DNA of 64,000 bases from an uncultured Gammaproteobacteria bacterium (GTDB lineage Bacteria > Patescibacteriota > Patescibacteriia > Magasanikbacterales > GWA2-37-8), in contig CAZINT010000001.1 in the NCBI GenBank assembly GCA_964540825.1, positions 219,396 to 283,395 on the forward strand, in the 5' to 3' direction. Every line of letters starts with the position of its first letter. Position 1 is the stretch's first letter. Shown here piece after piece: positions 10,073-19,229 of the stretch. The translations under genes were made by a program, and so were the position numbers. Below the pieces are notes generated by a model that worked only from the letters and a program-made list of their open reading frames with translations, was not told the origin of the DNA and did no database searches.

Positions 10073-10085
10073 CGTTCTTTACAAT
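10073..10085 (+). promoter_or_regulatory. boxA-like motif in leader
   Basis: CGTTCTTTACAAT downstream of leader hairpins. Confidence 0.5.
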
Positions 10086-10224
10086 CACATTGCTACTACT
10101 CAAAATGTTCTCCTGAAGGTTTCGCGGTTATCAGTACTTACTAATTATTTGGTAAGGTACTGGAAACCGCGAACCCGCTGCGTGTCTTAGGACACGCAGC
10201 ACCCACGACCACCAGGAGATGAAC

Positions 10225-10938
10225 ATGAACACGAACCACGTCCGCGCCCTGCTCACCGCCGCCCTGCTCACGCTCGCCCCGACCTTCGTCGTGGGCTGTG
10301 CCCCCGAGCCGATGGACGGCACGCCGTCCACGGTCATCGGCGACCGCGACGGCGACGGCACCAAGGACAACGTCGACAAGTGCCCCGACCTCGCCGGGCC
10401 CGGCAGCAACAACGGCTGCCCGGTCACCAACATGAGCGGGGGCGAGCCCGTGCCCGCCACCCTCACCGACGCGATCTGCTACGATCGGGACCACCACTAC
10501 CCCCACGCCTGCGCGGGGGAGTGCGTGACCAAGGTCCAGGACTCGCTGAACTGCGGCGCCTGCGGCCGCCGGTGCAAGCCGACGGTCGAGGCCTGCGAGA
10601 ACAGCGTCTGCATCCCGGCCGGCTCCGCCAAGTGGGGCGCCTGGGTCCAGAACGCCACCAACCGCACCCTGAACCTCACGGTCGGCCACACCGAGCTCGG
10701 CATCAGCGCCGTCGAGGAGCAGATCACGCTCGCCCCCGGCGCCTGGTGGGGCAACGGCAACTGGACCGGCGTCTACGCCTCCGAGAACCCCTGGAAGGAG
10801 AACGTGATGCAGGAGTCCCTCGCGGACTGCCAGCTCAAGTTCAACGGCAAGGGCCGCCGCGAGGTCGTCTTCAAGACGAACAACCGCACCGGCGTCGGCC
10901 GCTGCGAGTTCAAGACCGACGCGGAGGGTAACCTCTAG
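10225..10938 (+). CDS. high-GC lipoprotein with TSP3-like repeat and myxobacterial-type Cys-rich repeat (cassette 3)
   Basis: AGGAG 10214-10218 favours ATG 10225; lipobox VVGC; DRDGDGTKDNVDKCPDLAGPGSNNGCP; CAGECV..DSLNCGACGRRC..ACENSVC. Confidence 0.8.
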   Translation: MNTNHVRALLTAALLTLAPTFVVGCAPEPMDGTPSTVIGDRDGDGTKDNVDKCPDLAGPGSNNGCPVTNMSGGEPVPATLTDAICYDRDHHYPHACAGECVTKVQDSLNCGACGRRCKPTVEACENSVCIPAGSAKWGAWVQNATNRTLNLTVGHTELGISAVEEQITLAPGAWWGNGNWTGVYASENPWKENVMQESLADCQLKFNGKGRREVVFKTNNRTGVGRCEFKTDAEGNL

Positions 10939-10983
10939 CCGGTCCGGTGCGACGAGTAGTAACAAGTGATTACCTACCCTGGT

Positions 10984-11026
10984 GGGCCCCGCACGACGAC
11001 TCGAAAGAGACGTCTACGCGGGGCCT
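10984..11026 (+). terminator. GC-rich hairpin after cassette 3
   Basis: GGGCCCCGC...GCGGGGCCT stem with inner stem-loop. Confidence 0.5.
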
Positions 11027-11143
11027 GCCTTCTACTTCATACTCATAATCTCACCAGATTGTGGAGATACAGTAGAAATAAAATCCTACCAAAACATCCA
11101 CCCTTTCTCTCAAGGCTGGATGTTTTGTTTTTACTCCGACTGT

Positions 11144-11180
11144 AAGCAGGTTAGGCAGAGTAAGTACTAAGCAGAATAAG
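11144..11180 (+). repeat. left arm of 37-bp inverted repeat flanking the four-helix-bundle gene
   Basis: AAGCAGGTTAGGCAGAGTAAGTACTAAGCAGAATAAG, 35/37 match to the reverse complement of 11557-11593. Confidence 0.85.
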
Positions 11181-11183
11181 TTT

Positions 11184-11555
11184 TTATGTTAGATAATTTC
11201 TTTGGCTTTGTATCCAGCGGGTTAACAGCTTACCAACTTCTTCACACTGACTTCTTGCCTGATTATATTCTGATTCTTTTAGATAGTGTAAGTCGTGGGC
11301 GAGAATGAAGTGATATTTAGTTTCTTCGAGCGAAGCGTCAGCAATATTGTAAAATTTAATACTGTCTCGTAATTCTTTTCTTCTAAATCCTTCAACGATG
11401 TTAGTAGGTACTGAAGCAGCAGATCTTCGTATTTGGCTCGTTAAACCAAAGAGTTCGCTTTTTGGAAATTGGTTGGTAACTTTATAAACAAAAAGCACGA
11501 GCGTATGTGCCTTTTGCCAAACCTGTAATTCTGTAAAAACTTTTATTGTCGTCAT
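11184..11555 (-). CDS. four helix bundle protein (23S rRNA IVS protein-like family)
   Basis: FTELQVWQKAH...FPKSELFGLTSQIRRSAASVPTNIVEG signature. Confidence 0.9.
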   Translation of the reverse strand: MTTIKVFTELQVWQKAHTLVLFVYKVTNQFPKSELFGLTSQIRRSAASVPTNIVEGFRRKELRDSIKFYNIADASLEETKYHFILAHDLHYLKESEYNQARSQCEEVGKLLTRWIQSQRNYLT

Positions 11556-11556
11556 G

Positions 11557-11593
11557 CTTATTCTGCTTAGGACTTACTCTGCCTAATCTGCTT
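11557..11593 (-). repeat. right arm of 37-bp inverted repeat
   Basis: reverse complement of 11144-11180. Confidence 0.85.
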
Positions 11594-11596
11594 CGT

Positions 11597-13033
11597 CTAC
11601 GCCTCTCTCGGTTTTTTCGCCGCCCAGTATCCCCAGACCGCCCACATCCACCAGATAACCGGTGTATGATGCAGCATATTGTCTGATAAACTCATTACCA
11701 GGTATACAAGGATGCACAGTAAAAAAGAAAAATGAATCCAGCGGCCACGCAGCAGATCGCGGAATTCGTGGTACATGAGCGTAAAGAAAATACTTAGGTA
11801 TAAAAATAAGCCAATCACGCCGCTTTCAAAGGCGACCTTAAGGTAATCATTGTGGGCTTCGGAAGTGTTATCAAATAAATTTTCGACGCCTTTGTTGTAA
11901 TCCCAGACCTTGCTAAACGAACCGTAGCCATACCCCAGATACGGGCGGGCCTGGAAAAGGGGAATAATTTTGTTGGCAATATCAGCACGCCATTGAATGG
12001 AGTCGGCGTCTTCGTTGCGGCTGGTCAGGCGCGAGATAATACTGTTGCTTTGAAGATTGATATTATACGTATGACCGAGCCAGTTATTGAGCGGGTAAAA
12101 GAGCGTAAAAAAGGCAACACTGCCAACCACAACCCACAAAAAGATTTTTTCGTAATAAAAAAAACAAATAGCCAGAATGAAAGCGGCAAGCCCAATCCAA
12201 GCGACGCGCGTATACGTAAAAGCAATAATCAGGAGTAAAAAAGCAAAAGCAAACGGCGTAAAATCGTGCACATGGTGAATGGTGCGGGCGTTAAAGCGGC
12301 GGAAAAATTGTTTGACTGGCGAAATGAATTGATCGATGAGGTTCTTTTTTTCAAAACGCAGTTGAAAACGGTAGGTATAGTCGGCGAGGACTATAAACAG
12401 GAGTACTGTATAGGTAGCTAAAAGATTAGGGTGGGCAAAGGTGCCAAAAATACGGTTAGATACACCGTCGATGGTCATGCCTGTTCGGGTGACAAGTTGG
12501 TAGGCGGCAAGGAGGAGGGGAAAGCACGAAGCGATAATAAGGCTAAGGTAAAACGGCCAAACAAAGGCTTCGCCTTCTTTGCGGCGCAAAATATTACAGA
12601 CACCAAAAAGCGCAAACAAGTTAGCGGCCTTAAGTGTTTCCGTTATAGTTGATGATTGATCGAAACTGTAAAAAAAAGTGATGGCGCACCAAGCGATAAA
12701 AATAAGCCACGGGTATTTTGCTGGAATTTCTTTCCAATATTCCCGATTTTTAATAAAGAAATAAGCTGCCCAGCCAGCCAACAGCATGGAGATGGCGGCG
12801 TTGATATTGAAGGTAACACTGCCGAGTGAAAAGAAGGAATAGTCACGCAAGCCGTCAATGGTAGGGCGAAAAGCTAAGAAAAGTAAGATCGCTCGTTCGC
12901 CAAAGAGTTTGTGAAGGACGATAAGGGCAATAAGGAGAAACGCCATAATATCCCCCGCGCTCGTGGGGTTAATAATAGTGAAACCAATAAGTCCGATGAT
13001 CAGCCAGGCCCACAAGGCAAAGGTATCGCGCAT
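11597..13033 (-). CDS. O-antigen ligase/Wzy family membrane protein
   Basis: multiple TMs; RIFGTFAHPN, TYTRVAW, GYGYGSF, AHNDYL motifs; ATG 13033 preferred. Confidence 0.85.
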   Translation of the reverse strand: MRDTFALWAWLIIGLIGFTIINPTSAGDIMAFLLIALIVLHKLFGERAILLFLAFRPTIDGLRDYSFFSLGSVTFNINAAISMLLAGWAAYFFIKNREYWKEIPAKYPWLIFIAWCAITFFYSFDQSSTITETLKAANLFALFGVCNILRRKEGEAFVWPFYLSLIIASCFPLLLAAYQLVTRTGMTIDGVSNRIFGTFAHPNLLATYTVLLFIVLADYTYRFQLRFEKKNLIDQFISPVKQFFRRFNARTIHHVHDFTPFAFAFLLLIIAFTYTRVAWIGLAAFILAICFFYYEKIFLWVVVGSVAFFTLFYPLNNWLGHTYNINLQSNSIISRLTSRNEDADSIQWRADIANKIIPLFQARPYLGYGYGSFSKVWDYNKGVENLFDNTSEAHNDYLKVAFESGVIGLFLYLSIFFTLMYHEFRDLLRGRWIHFSFLLCILVYLVMSLSDNMLHHTPVIWWMWAVWGYWAAKKPREA

Positions 13034-13091
13034 AGGTAAAATCAAGGTTTTAAGTGTGTTATTCCTGCACGGGAATAACTCGTTCACTTCG

Positions 13092-13120
13092 TTGACAAAG
13101 ACAGGTTTTTATGGTATACT
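13092..13120 (+). promoter_or_regulatory. sigma70 promoter of a native gene
   Basis: TTGACA-17bp-TATACT. Confidence 0.7.
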
Positions 13121-13179
13121 CAGACGTTAACGAATGACTTAAGTATAGCATAAAAATGTGGTATACTACAGTAAAACCT

Positions 13180-15231
13180 ATGAAGCGACTTACTAAACGT
13201 ACCGCCAAAAAAGCCATAGCCCCCAAAAATCATGCACTTGCGTGGTATCGGGGTGTGGTCGGCGTCGCCATCGGCCTTGTGGCCCTGGTTTTTTGTTTTC
13301 GGGCAACAACTATTTCCGCGCCGCTCTTGGCTAATTATTACTTAGGCACACTTCCGCAGGATGATGCGACGATTAGCTTACTGGCGCGTAATGATGTTTT
13401 GGTCTTGAGCAGCGAACAAGGGGTGATTCGTAAAGATGTTATTCAAAAAATCAAACAGAAAAATCCTAAGATTATTTTGCTGGCGTACGTTATCAGTAAA
13501 AGCTACGACTCAAACTGGAAGAATTATCCGGCTAATACCGTCTATAATGATTTCCAGGTTGACGACAGCTGCTGGCTCCGCGACAGTAAGGGTAATATTT
13601 TATCTGACTGGCCAGGACAAAAAAGCTTGAATATGAAAGAGCAGTGTACTGATTATTTGATCCAGTACACTAAGAACCATATTTTGTCGCAGGGTCTTTG
13701 GGATGGTGTTTTTTGGGATGTGGTGAATGGGAATATTGCTTGGACCAACCGGGGTGATATCGATCTCAATGGCGACGGGCAGATTGACAATCCGGCTGCT
13801 GCTGATGCTGAATGGTTGCGTCGGACAAACTACCTGCTCAGTCAGAGCCGTAAAGAGCTGCCGGTAAAATATTTTGTTATTAATGGAACTTCAATTCCGG
13901 CTGTGCAGCCGTATGTGAACGGCCGCATGTTTGAAAACTATCCAACTCCTTGGGAAGCAAATGGTTCGTGGGGAGGCCTCATGACCACGCTCGCCGCCAA
14001 CCAAAAAACAAACGTTGCGCCGCAGTTGTATATTTTTAATGCTAATACCAATAATACCGGTAACCAGTCAGACTACCGTAATATGCGTTTTGGTCTGACG
14101 AGCAGTCTTCTGACCAACAATACTTATTTTGCTTTTGACTATGGAACCAACGACCACAGTCAGACTTGGCAGTATGATGAATACAATGTAAAGCTCGGTG
14201 ATCCGGTTGCTCCGGCGGTATCGCGAAATAACGAAACGCAATTTAAAGAAACGGACGTGTGGAAACGTGAATACACCAACGGCATCGCGCTTGTAAATCC
14301 GACCGGGCAGTCGCAAACGGTAGACCTCGGGGCAGAATACGAAAAAATTATTGGTACGCAAGACAAACGCGTAAACGATGGCGCGATCACAGATCGTGTA
14401 ACGCTCGGCGCGAAAGACGGCATCGTGATGATGAAAACTTTGGAAGGTATCAGCAGTATTAAAAAAACGACTTTTAAAAATGGTTCGTTCTTACGCTTTT
14501 TTGACCTCAAGGGTAATCGTGCGCGTAACGGTTTCTTTGCGTTTGACAGCGCCTACCAAGGCAGTGCGACTATTTATCAGGGCGACCTGGACGGCGACGG
14601 CACGGAAGAAAAAGTAGTGGCAACGGGCGCTAAACTCGAAATTTTTAACAGCAGCGGCGAGCGCTGGTTTAATGATTATCCGTACGGTGGTAATTTTAAA
14701 GGAACGATTCAAATTGCAGTTGGTAAATTCTTCGGGTCCGCGACTAATCAGATTGTAGTTGCTCCTTCTAAAGGCGGAAAGGTATTAATTTATGATTATC
14801 ACGGCACGCTAATTAAGGATGATTTTTATCCGCTTGGTAAAAAATATCAAAACGGTTTTACCGTGGCAGTCGGCAGTCCGACCCCTAAGGATGCCGGCGA
14901 ACTTGTCGTTGGTGTTGGAAAGGGGAGTCCGACCGAAGTGTTGGTTTATGCAAGCGGTTTTGATAAAATCACCAAACGCTTTTTCCCCTATGACAAAAAG
15001 TTTACGGGTGGCGTTGCAATGGCGGTGGGTGATATCAACAATGACGGCGTAAATGAGATTGTAACCTTGCCGACAAAGGGTACCCCAACCGCTCGCGTGT
15101 ATACGACTGCAGGTAAAAAAGTATCTGAATTTAAAATACCATCGCTGTTCGGTTCTGTGCCGGTAGACATTACCATTGCGGATATTAACTTTGACGGCCG
15201 ATCCGAAATCGCTGTCATGAATGGACAATAG
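13180..15231 (+). CDS. secreted putative glycoside hydrolase (TIM-barrel type) with C-terminal FG-GAP-like repeats
   Basis: N-terminal TM; WDGVFWD and NGRMFE motifs; GDLDGDG, GDINNDG, ADINFDG repeats. Confidence 0.7.
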   Translation: MKRLTKRTAKKAIAPKNHALAWYRGVVGVAIGLVALVFCFRATTISAPLLANYYLGTLPQDDATISLLARNDVLVLSSEQGVIRKDVIQKIKQKNPKIILLAYVISKSYDSNWKNYPANTVYNDFQVDDSCWLRDSKGNILSDWPGQKSLNMKEQCTDYLIQYTKNHILSQGLWDGVFWDVVNGNIAWTNRGDIDLNGDGQIDNPAAADAEWLRRTNYLLSQSRKELPVKYFVINGTSIPAVQPYVNGRMFENYPTPWEANGSWGGLMTTLAANQKTNVAPQLYIFNANTNNTGNQSDYRNMRFGLTSSLLTNNTYFAFDYGTNDHSQTWQYDEYNVKLGDPVAPAVSRNNETQFKETDVWKREYTNGIALVNPTGQSQTVDLGAEYEKIIGTQDKRVNDGAITDRVTLGAKDGIVMMKTLEGISSIKKTTFKNGSFLRFFDLKGNRARNGFFAFDSAYQGSATIYQGDLDGDGTEEKVVATGAKLEIFNSSGERWFNDYPYGGNFKGTIQIAVGKFFGSATNQIVVAPSKGGKVLIYDYHGTLIKDDFYPLGKKYQNGFTVAVGSPTPKDAGELVVGVGKGSPTEVLVYASGFDKITKRFFPYDKKFTGGVAMAVGDINNDGVNEIVTLPTKGTPTARVYTTAGKKVSEFKIPSLFGSVPVDITIADINFDGRSEIAVMNGQ

Positions 15232-15241
15232 GAAGTGTAGG

Positions 15242-15311
15242 TGTAAGCAGAGTAAGTACTAAGCAAAGTAAGTTTTGTGCTTACCTTGCTTACTCTGCCT
15301 AATCTGCTTAC
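15242..15311. repeat. gene-less copy of the TAAGCAG-based inverted repeat pair
   Basis: TGTAAGCAGAGTAAGTACTAAGCA...CTTACTCTGCCTAATCTGCTTAC matches both arms around 11184-11555. Confidence 0.75.
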
Positions 15312-15322
15312 GTTGCTTTAAT

Positions 15323-16210
15323 CTAGTCGCCTGTAATCAAACAGACCACTGGGCCACTAAATGCTTGGTGTTTTTTTATTGCCTGCGTAAGAGCGGCAAC
15401 TGAAAGTGCGCTGGTTGGCGAAATGGCGATATCTTTTGTTTTTTTAACTAAAGCAATTGCTCCGTTTATCTCGTCGTTGGTGATGATCCATCCTGCACCT
15501 CCGCTTGTTTTTACCTGTTCCGCAACGCGATCTTTACGCAGACCAACTTTGTCGACGATAGCGGTAGCAAGAGATGCTTCGGTGCTTGGCGGAGTCACGC
15601 TGCCGTTGATAGCGTCTACAAACGGGTGGCAACTCTGCGTTTGAGCGATATGCATTTGGGGGTTCAGTCCAAGTTTTTGAAAGCCGAGGGCGAGTCCTTC
15701 GGCAGTAGTGCCGCTCGATGTTGGTATAAAAACAGCAGACAAATTTTCTATTTTAGAAAGTTCTTGGGCAAGATCCATGTAGCCGCGCAAGGCGATTTCG
15801 CTGGTAGCCTGGCGCAAGAGGCAGCACCCTTCGGTTTTTTCAAACTGAAAAGCGCTTTGGCGGGGGTTAGGGACTTGAGAAATTTTGATATAAGCATCTG
15901 CAGCTGCCGTAAGTTTAGCTTGTTTTTTTAGGTCAATGTTTGGGCCGATAAAAATCTCTAAACTAAACGGGTCAGACGGTTTACTTTTGTTATGATTTTG
16001 AACACTGATAATTGCCGAAAGGGCAGCGTTGCCCGAAGAAGAAATGACGAATTTACGAATGCCCGTCCGTGCTGCTTCGTCGATCATAAGCGGGATCGAT
16101 CGGCCCTTGTGCGACCCGTGGCGATGCAGGTCTTCACGCTTCAGCCAGATCTCTTGGGTTAGGCCAAGAGCGGTTGAAAGTTCGGGAACAGGGACTTGCT
16201 GGGTTTTCAT
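15323..16210 (-). CDS. PLP-dependent enzyme, threonine synthase/TrpB-fold family
   Basis: WLKRED..GSHKGR PLP lysine, SSSGNAA, PTSSGTT, ITG end. Confidence 0.8.
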   Translation of the reverse strand: MKTQQVPVPELSTALGLTQEIWLKREDLHRHGSHKGRSIPLMIDEAARTGIRKFVISSSGNAALSAIISVQNHNKSKPSDPFSLEIFIGPNIDLKKQAKLTAAADAYIKISQVPNPRQSAFQFEKTEGCCLLRQATSEIALRGYMDLAQELSKIENLSAVFIPTSSGTTAEGLALGFQKLGLNPQMHIAQTQSCHPFVDAINGSVTPPSTEASLATAIVDKVGLRKDRVAEQVKTSGGAGWIITNDEINGAIALVKKTKDIAISPTSALSVAALTQAIKKHQAFSGPVVCLITGD

Positions 16211-16278
16211 AGGTAGCTTGATTAGTTAGGGGAAAACGTATATACTGTTTTTACTCTTTGTTTCTAAAGTATATTCAT

Positions 16279-16446
16279 ATGAATCTTACTTGTCCAGAAT
16301 GTAAAAATGCTGTTGATATGGCTCAGTATGCGAATCTTGATGTGGGGCATGTCGTCGAGTGTAACAGTTGTGGAATGACCCTTATGGTGAAAGATATTGA
16401 TGAGGCCAAGAATGTGCAGGTCGAGATCGTTGACGAAGGAAAATAG
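16279..16446 (+). CDS. LysW-like zinc-ribbon small protein
   Basis: CPEC...GHVVECNSCG...acidic tail VDEGK (not the canonical EDWGE). Confidence 0.6.
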   Translation: MNLTCPECKNAVDMAQYANLDVGHVVECNSCGMTLMVKDIDEAKNVQVEIVDEGK

Positions 16447-16493
16447 TGTATAGTGAAACACGAAACACAAAGTACAAATATACTTTGTGTTTT

Positions 16494-17882
16494 TTATTTT
16501 GTGTTTTGTAATTTTTTGACCAGCGATTCAATCATGCCGCGAAAGCCGTGGCTCCCGAGAAATACCACAATACTTCCTGCGGGCGATTTTTCTAAATAAG
16601 CAACCAGCTGTTCGTCATCATCGATATGTACTACCTTGGTGTGGCTGCGTTTAATGATTTCGGTAAGCTCCGGTCCTTCAAAAAGCTGCTCGTCGCTGCT
16701 GACACTTTTTTTGACTTTGGTGAGGCGGGGGATAATGACTTCATCAGCCGCATCGAAGGCATCGGTGTACCAATCGGTGGCAGCCGCGCTGCGATTACCG
16801 GTGTTCGGTTCGAAAATAGCGATCAATTTTTTGTCGCTGTAAATCTTTTTGAGCGATTGCAACACTGACTTTGCTTTTTCGGGTGAGTGGGCAATGTCGT
16901 CAAAAATAAGCAGGTCGCCGTTAAAGCGTTTTTCCAGGCGGCGTTTAAGGCCCGGGAAGTTGGCAATGGCTTCGGTAATTTTACTTGGTTTGATACCAAT
17001 GTGGTCCGCCAGCGCGAAACAAGCGGTGAGGTTATCGGCCATATATTCCCCGAGTAGTTTGCTTTCAACGCCGTGAATTTCGCTTCCGACCATAATATCA
17101 AAACGACTCCCTTCGGTGCTCGGTCGGTAGTTAGTCATTCGATAGGTAGCAAACGGAGAGGTTCCGTAGGTAACTATTTTTAAATTTTGCTCGGCCTTGA
17201 ATTTAATCTTGGCGACTACTTTGTCAGAGATAACGATGAGTCCGTTGTGAGGCAGTCCGTCGACCAATTTTTGAAACGCTTCTAAGTAGCTCGCTTCGGT
17301 GGGGTACACATCGGCATGATCCCAAATAATTGAAGTCAGGAGTAAATGCGTTGGTGCGTAGTAGGCAAACTTGGGGCTGTTGTCCCAGCGTGAGGCTTTG
17401 TATTCGTCGCCTTCGACAATACTCCAGTTACTGTTGGCAAGGCTCGCGGCTGGAAAGTCGCCCTCAGCGAGGCCGCCAAACATGTAACTGGGGTGGTAGC
17501 CGCAACTGGTGAGAATCCAGCTCAAAAGCGTCGCGGTCGTGGTTTTGCCATAGGTGCCCGCACAAACAATCGAATTTGGTTTAATAAAAAAATCACGGAT
17601 TACTTCGGGGTAGGATTTGTAGGGTAAATTTTTTTCCTGCACCGCAAGCCATTCAGGATTGTTTGAGCTGGCAACATTGCCAACAATTACCAAATCCGGT
17701 GTGCCCATTTTTTCCGGGTGCCAGCCGGGGTAGAAGTCGATGCCAGCATCTTTGAGATGCGTCGAAACGGGCGGATAAAAACCTGCGTCCGAGCCGGTGA
17801 CCGTGTGTCCTTCGCGTTTAAAGGCGAGGGCAAGCGCGCTCATCGCGACGCCGCAGATGCCGATGAAGTGAATGTGTTTCAT
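16494..17882 (-). CDS. mpl: Mur ligase, Mpl/MurC-like
   Basis: HIHFIGICGVAMSALA, GTYGKTTT, EGDEY, DHAD, DDIAHSP motifs. Confidence 0.7.
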   Translation of the reverse strand: MKHIHFIGICGVAMSALALAFKREGHTVTGSDAGFYPPVSTHLKDAGIDFYPGWHPEKMGTPDLVIVGNVASSNNPEWLAVQEKNLPYKSYPEVIRDFFIKPNSIVCAGTYGKTTTATLLSWILTSCGYHPSYMFGGLAEGDFPAASLANSNWSIVEGDEYKASRWDNSPKFAYYAPTHLLLTSIIWDHADVYPTEASYLEAFQKLVDGLPHNGLIVISDKVVAKIKFKAEQNLKIVTYGTSPFATYRMTNYRPSTEGSRFDIMVGSEIHGVESKLLGEYMADNLTACFALADHIGIKPSKITEAIANFPGLKRRLEKRFNGDLLIFDDIAHSPEKAKSVLQSLKKIYSDKKLIAIFEPNTGNRSAAATDWYTDAFDAADEVIIPRLTKVKKSVSSDEQLFEGPELTEIIKRSHTKVVHIDDDEQLVAYLEKSPAGSIVVFLGSHGFRGMIESLVKKLQNTK

Positions 17883-18568
17883 ACAGTTTTCTGAAAATAA
17901 CCTAACCAAAAATGTCGTTTGTAACTGCGGTTATTCATCTTGGAGTAACTTTCTTTTTTATCTAAACTGAGGAGTTTAAAATACTGACCGTACATATGGG
18001 TAAAATCTTCGCGGTCAAAGACACGTTCCGTTAACCCGAGTTCTTTCATGTAGTAGGTATCTTTTTCGCGGCCAGGGCTTTTTTTAATTAACTCCTTAGC
18101 ATTTTTATCGCCTTCTTTGCAAAGCGCTTTCACAAAGAGGTAACCACCCGGTTTGAGCGTGCGATTCATTTCGCTGAGGTATACTTCGCGCTCCGCTTCA
18201 TTTAAGGAGTTTGACGACGTTACGTCAATAATGAGGTCAAAGGTGTTATCCGGAAAGGGAAACGCTTCCCCAAAACTTTTAACCAAATAATTAACCTTGA
18301 CGCGCATTTTTTGGGCATCGGCTTTGGCGATGGCTACCGCAGTTGGCGAAATTTCGATACCCGATACATCGGCACCTTCTTTAGCTATATGATTGGCATT
18401 GCGTCCGGTACCGCTGCCAAGGTCAAGCACGCGTTTGCCTTCGAGGTCAAATTCACATTTGCGGCGCAGGAACTTCAAAAACCGCAAAGTATCTTTTTGC
18501 GGTTCGGGGTTGAAGTGAAGGAGTTTACTTTGGCGGTACTCCTGTTCCCAGACTTTTCCTTGGGGCAT
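17879..18568 (-). CDS. class I SAM-dependent methyltransferase
   Basis: VLDLGSGTGRN motif I; LKPGG. Confidence 0.85.
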   Translation of the reverse strand: MPQGKVWEQEYRQSKLLHFNPEPQKDTLRFLKFLRRKCEFDLEGKRVLDLGSGTGRNANHIAKEGADVSGIEISPTAVAIAKADAQKMRVKVNYLVKSFGEAFPFPDNTFDLIIDVTSSNSLNEAEREVYLSEMNRTLKPGGYLFVKALCKEGDKNAKELIKKSPGREKDTYYMKELGLTERVFDREDFTHMYGQYFKLLSLDKKESYSKMNNRSYKRHFWLGYFQKTV

Positions 18569-18572
18569 AGTG

Positions 18573-19223
18573 TTAGGGTAGGAGTTTTTTTAATTCGTCC
18601 TGATCTGTTTTCCAGGCAGTGCCGTCAAACCATTCTAAACCCTCAAACTGCAATTTGTAGGTATCACTTGGACGCTGCGCTGAACCAAGATAGATATACT
18701 TTTTACCCTGGTCTTTGGCGTACATTATTGCCTTCAGCATCATGCCGAGGCCGAGATTTGGATGGGATTCTTCCAAAGTGTAAAACGGGTAACAGTAATG
18801 AATGAGTTCGTTGGTTTCGAGCGCGATGCAGTAGCCAACCGTAGCCACGTCGGCGGTGTAAACAAATAGTTTATTAAAATTACTTTTATTTTCATCCGTT
18901 AAAAGCTCTTTAATTTTATTGGCGCTAAACGTTCCGTCGCCGAATTTGGTGGTGTAAAAATCTTTGCCCAGCTTTCCGATGGTCCAGTCGTACGCGGCGT
19001 AGGGGAGTGGATGCTTTTTTAAAAGTACATTTTCGGTCTTGCGCAGGATGCGGCGGTTTTCACTGGAGGGTTCGAATTTTGAGAGGTCAACGCGGAGGCT
19101 GCGTGTTTGATAAAGTAGATTTTTTTCATTACGGCCAAAAAGAAAGCCCTGACTATAGAGTGAGTTCAGGGTGGCATTATCGGAGGTAGTTACTTTTTTT
19201 TCAGCCCATTTTAAATAACTCAT
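18573..19223 (-). CDS. arginyl-tRNA-protein transferase-like GNAT-fold protein
   Basis: RSLRVDLSKFEPSSENRRILRK, YPFY, LGLGMML, YIYLG, YKLQF resemble ATE1/Bpt. Confidence 0.65.
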   Translation of the reverse strand: MSYLKWAEKKVTTSDNATLNSLYSQGFLFGRNEKNLLYQTRSLRVDLSKFEPSSENRRILRKTENVLLKKHPLPYAAYDWTIGKLGKDFYTTKFGDGTFSANKIKELLTDENKSNFNKLFVYTADVATVGYCIALETNELIHYCYPFYTLEESHPNLGLGMMLKAIMYAKDQGKKYIYLGSAQRPSDTYKLQFEGLEWFDGTAWKTDQDELKKLLP

Positions 19224-19229
19224 ACAATC

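Noticed and set aside
10141-10965. 274-aa minus ORF and 183-aa alternate-frame ORF
   Set aside because: Stop-codon scarcity in high-GC DNA; the lipoprotein frame has the motifs and RBS.
7380-11030. integron cassette array or prophage explanation for three tandem foreign genes
   Set aside because: No integrase, no recognisable attC core sites, no phage genes; each gene has its own promoter.
11184-11555. Avd-like gene suggesting a diversity-generating retroelement
   Set aside because: No reverse transcriptase and no TR/VR pair with adenine-specific mismatches was seen in the window.
11144-15311. CRISPR array
   Set aside because: Repeats are inverted and few, with no regular spacers or cas genes.
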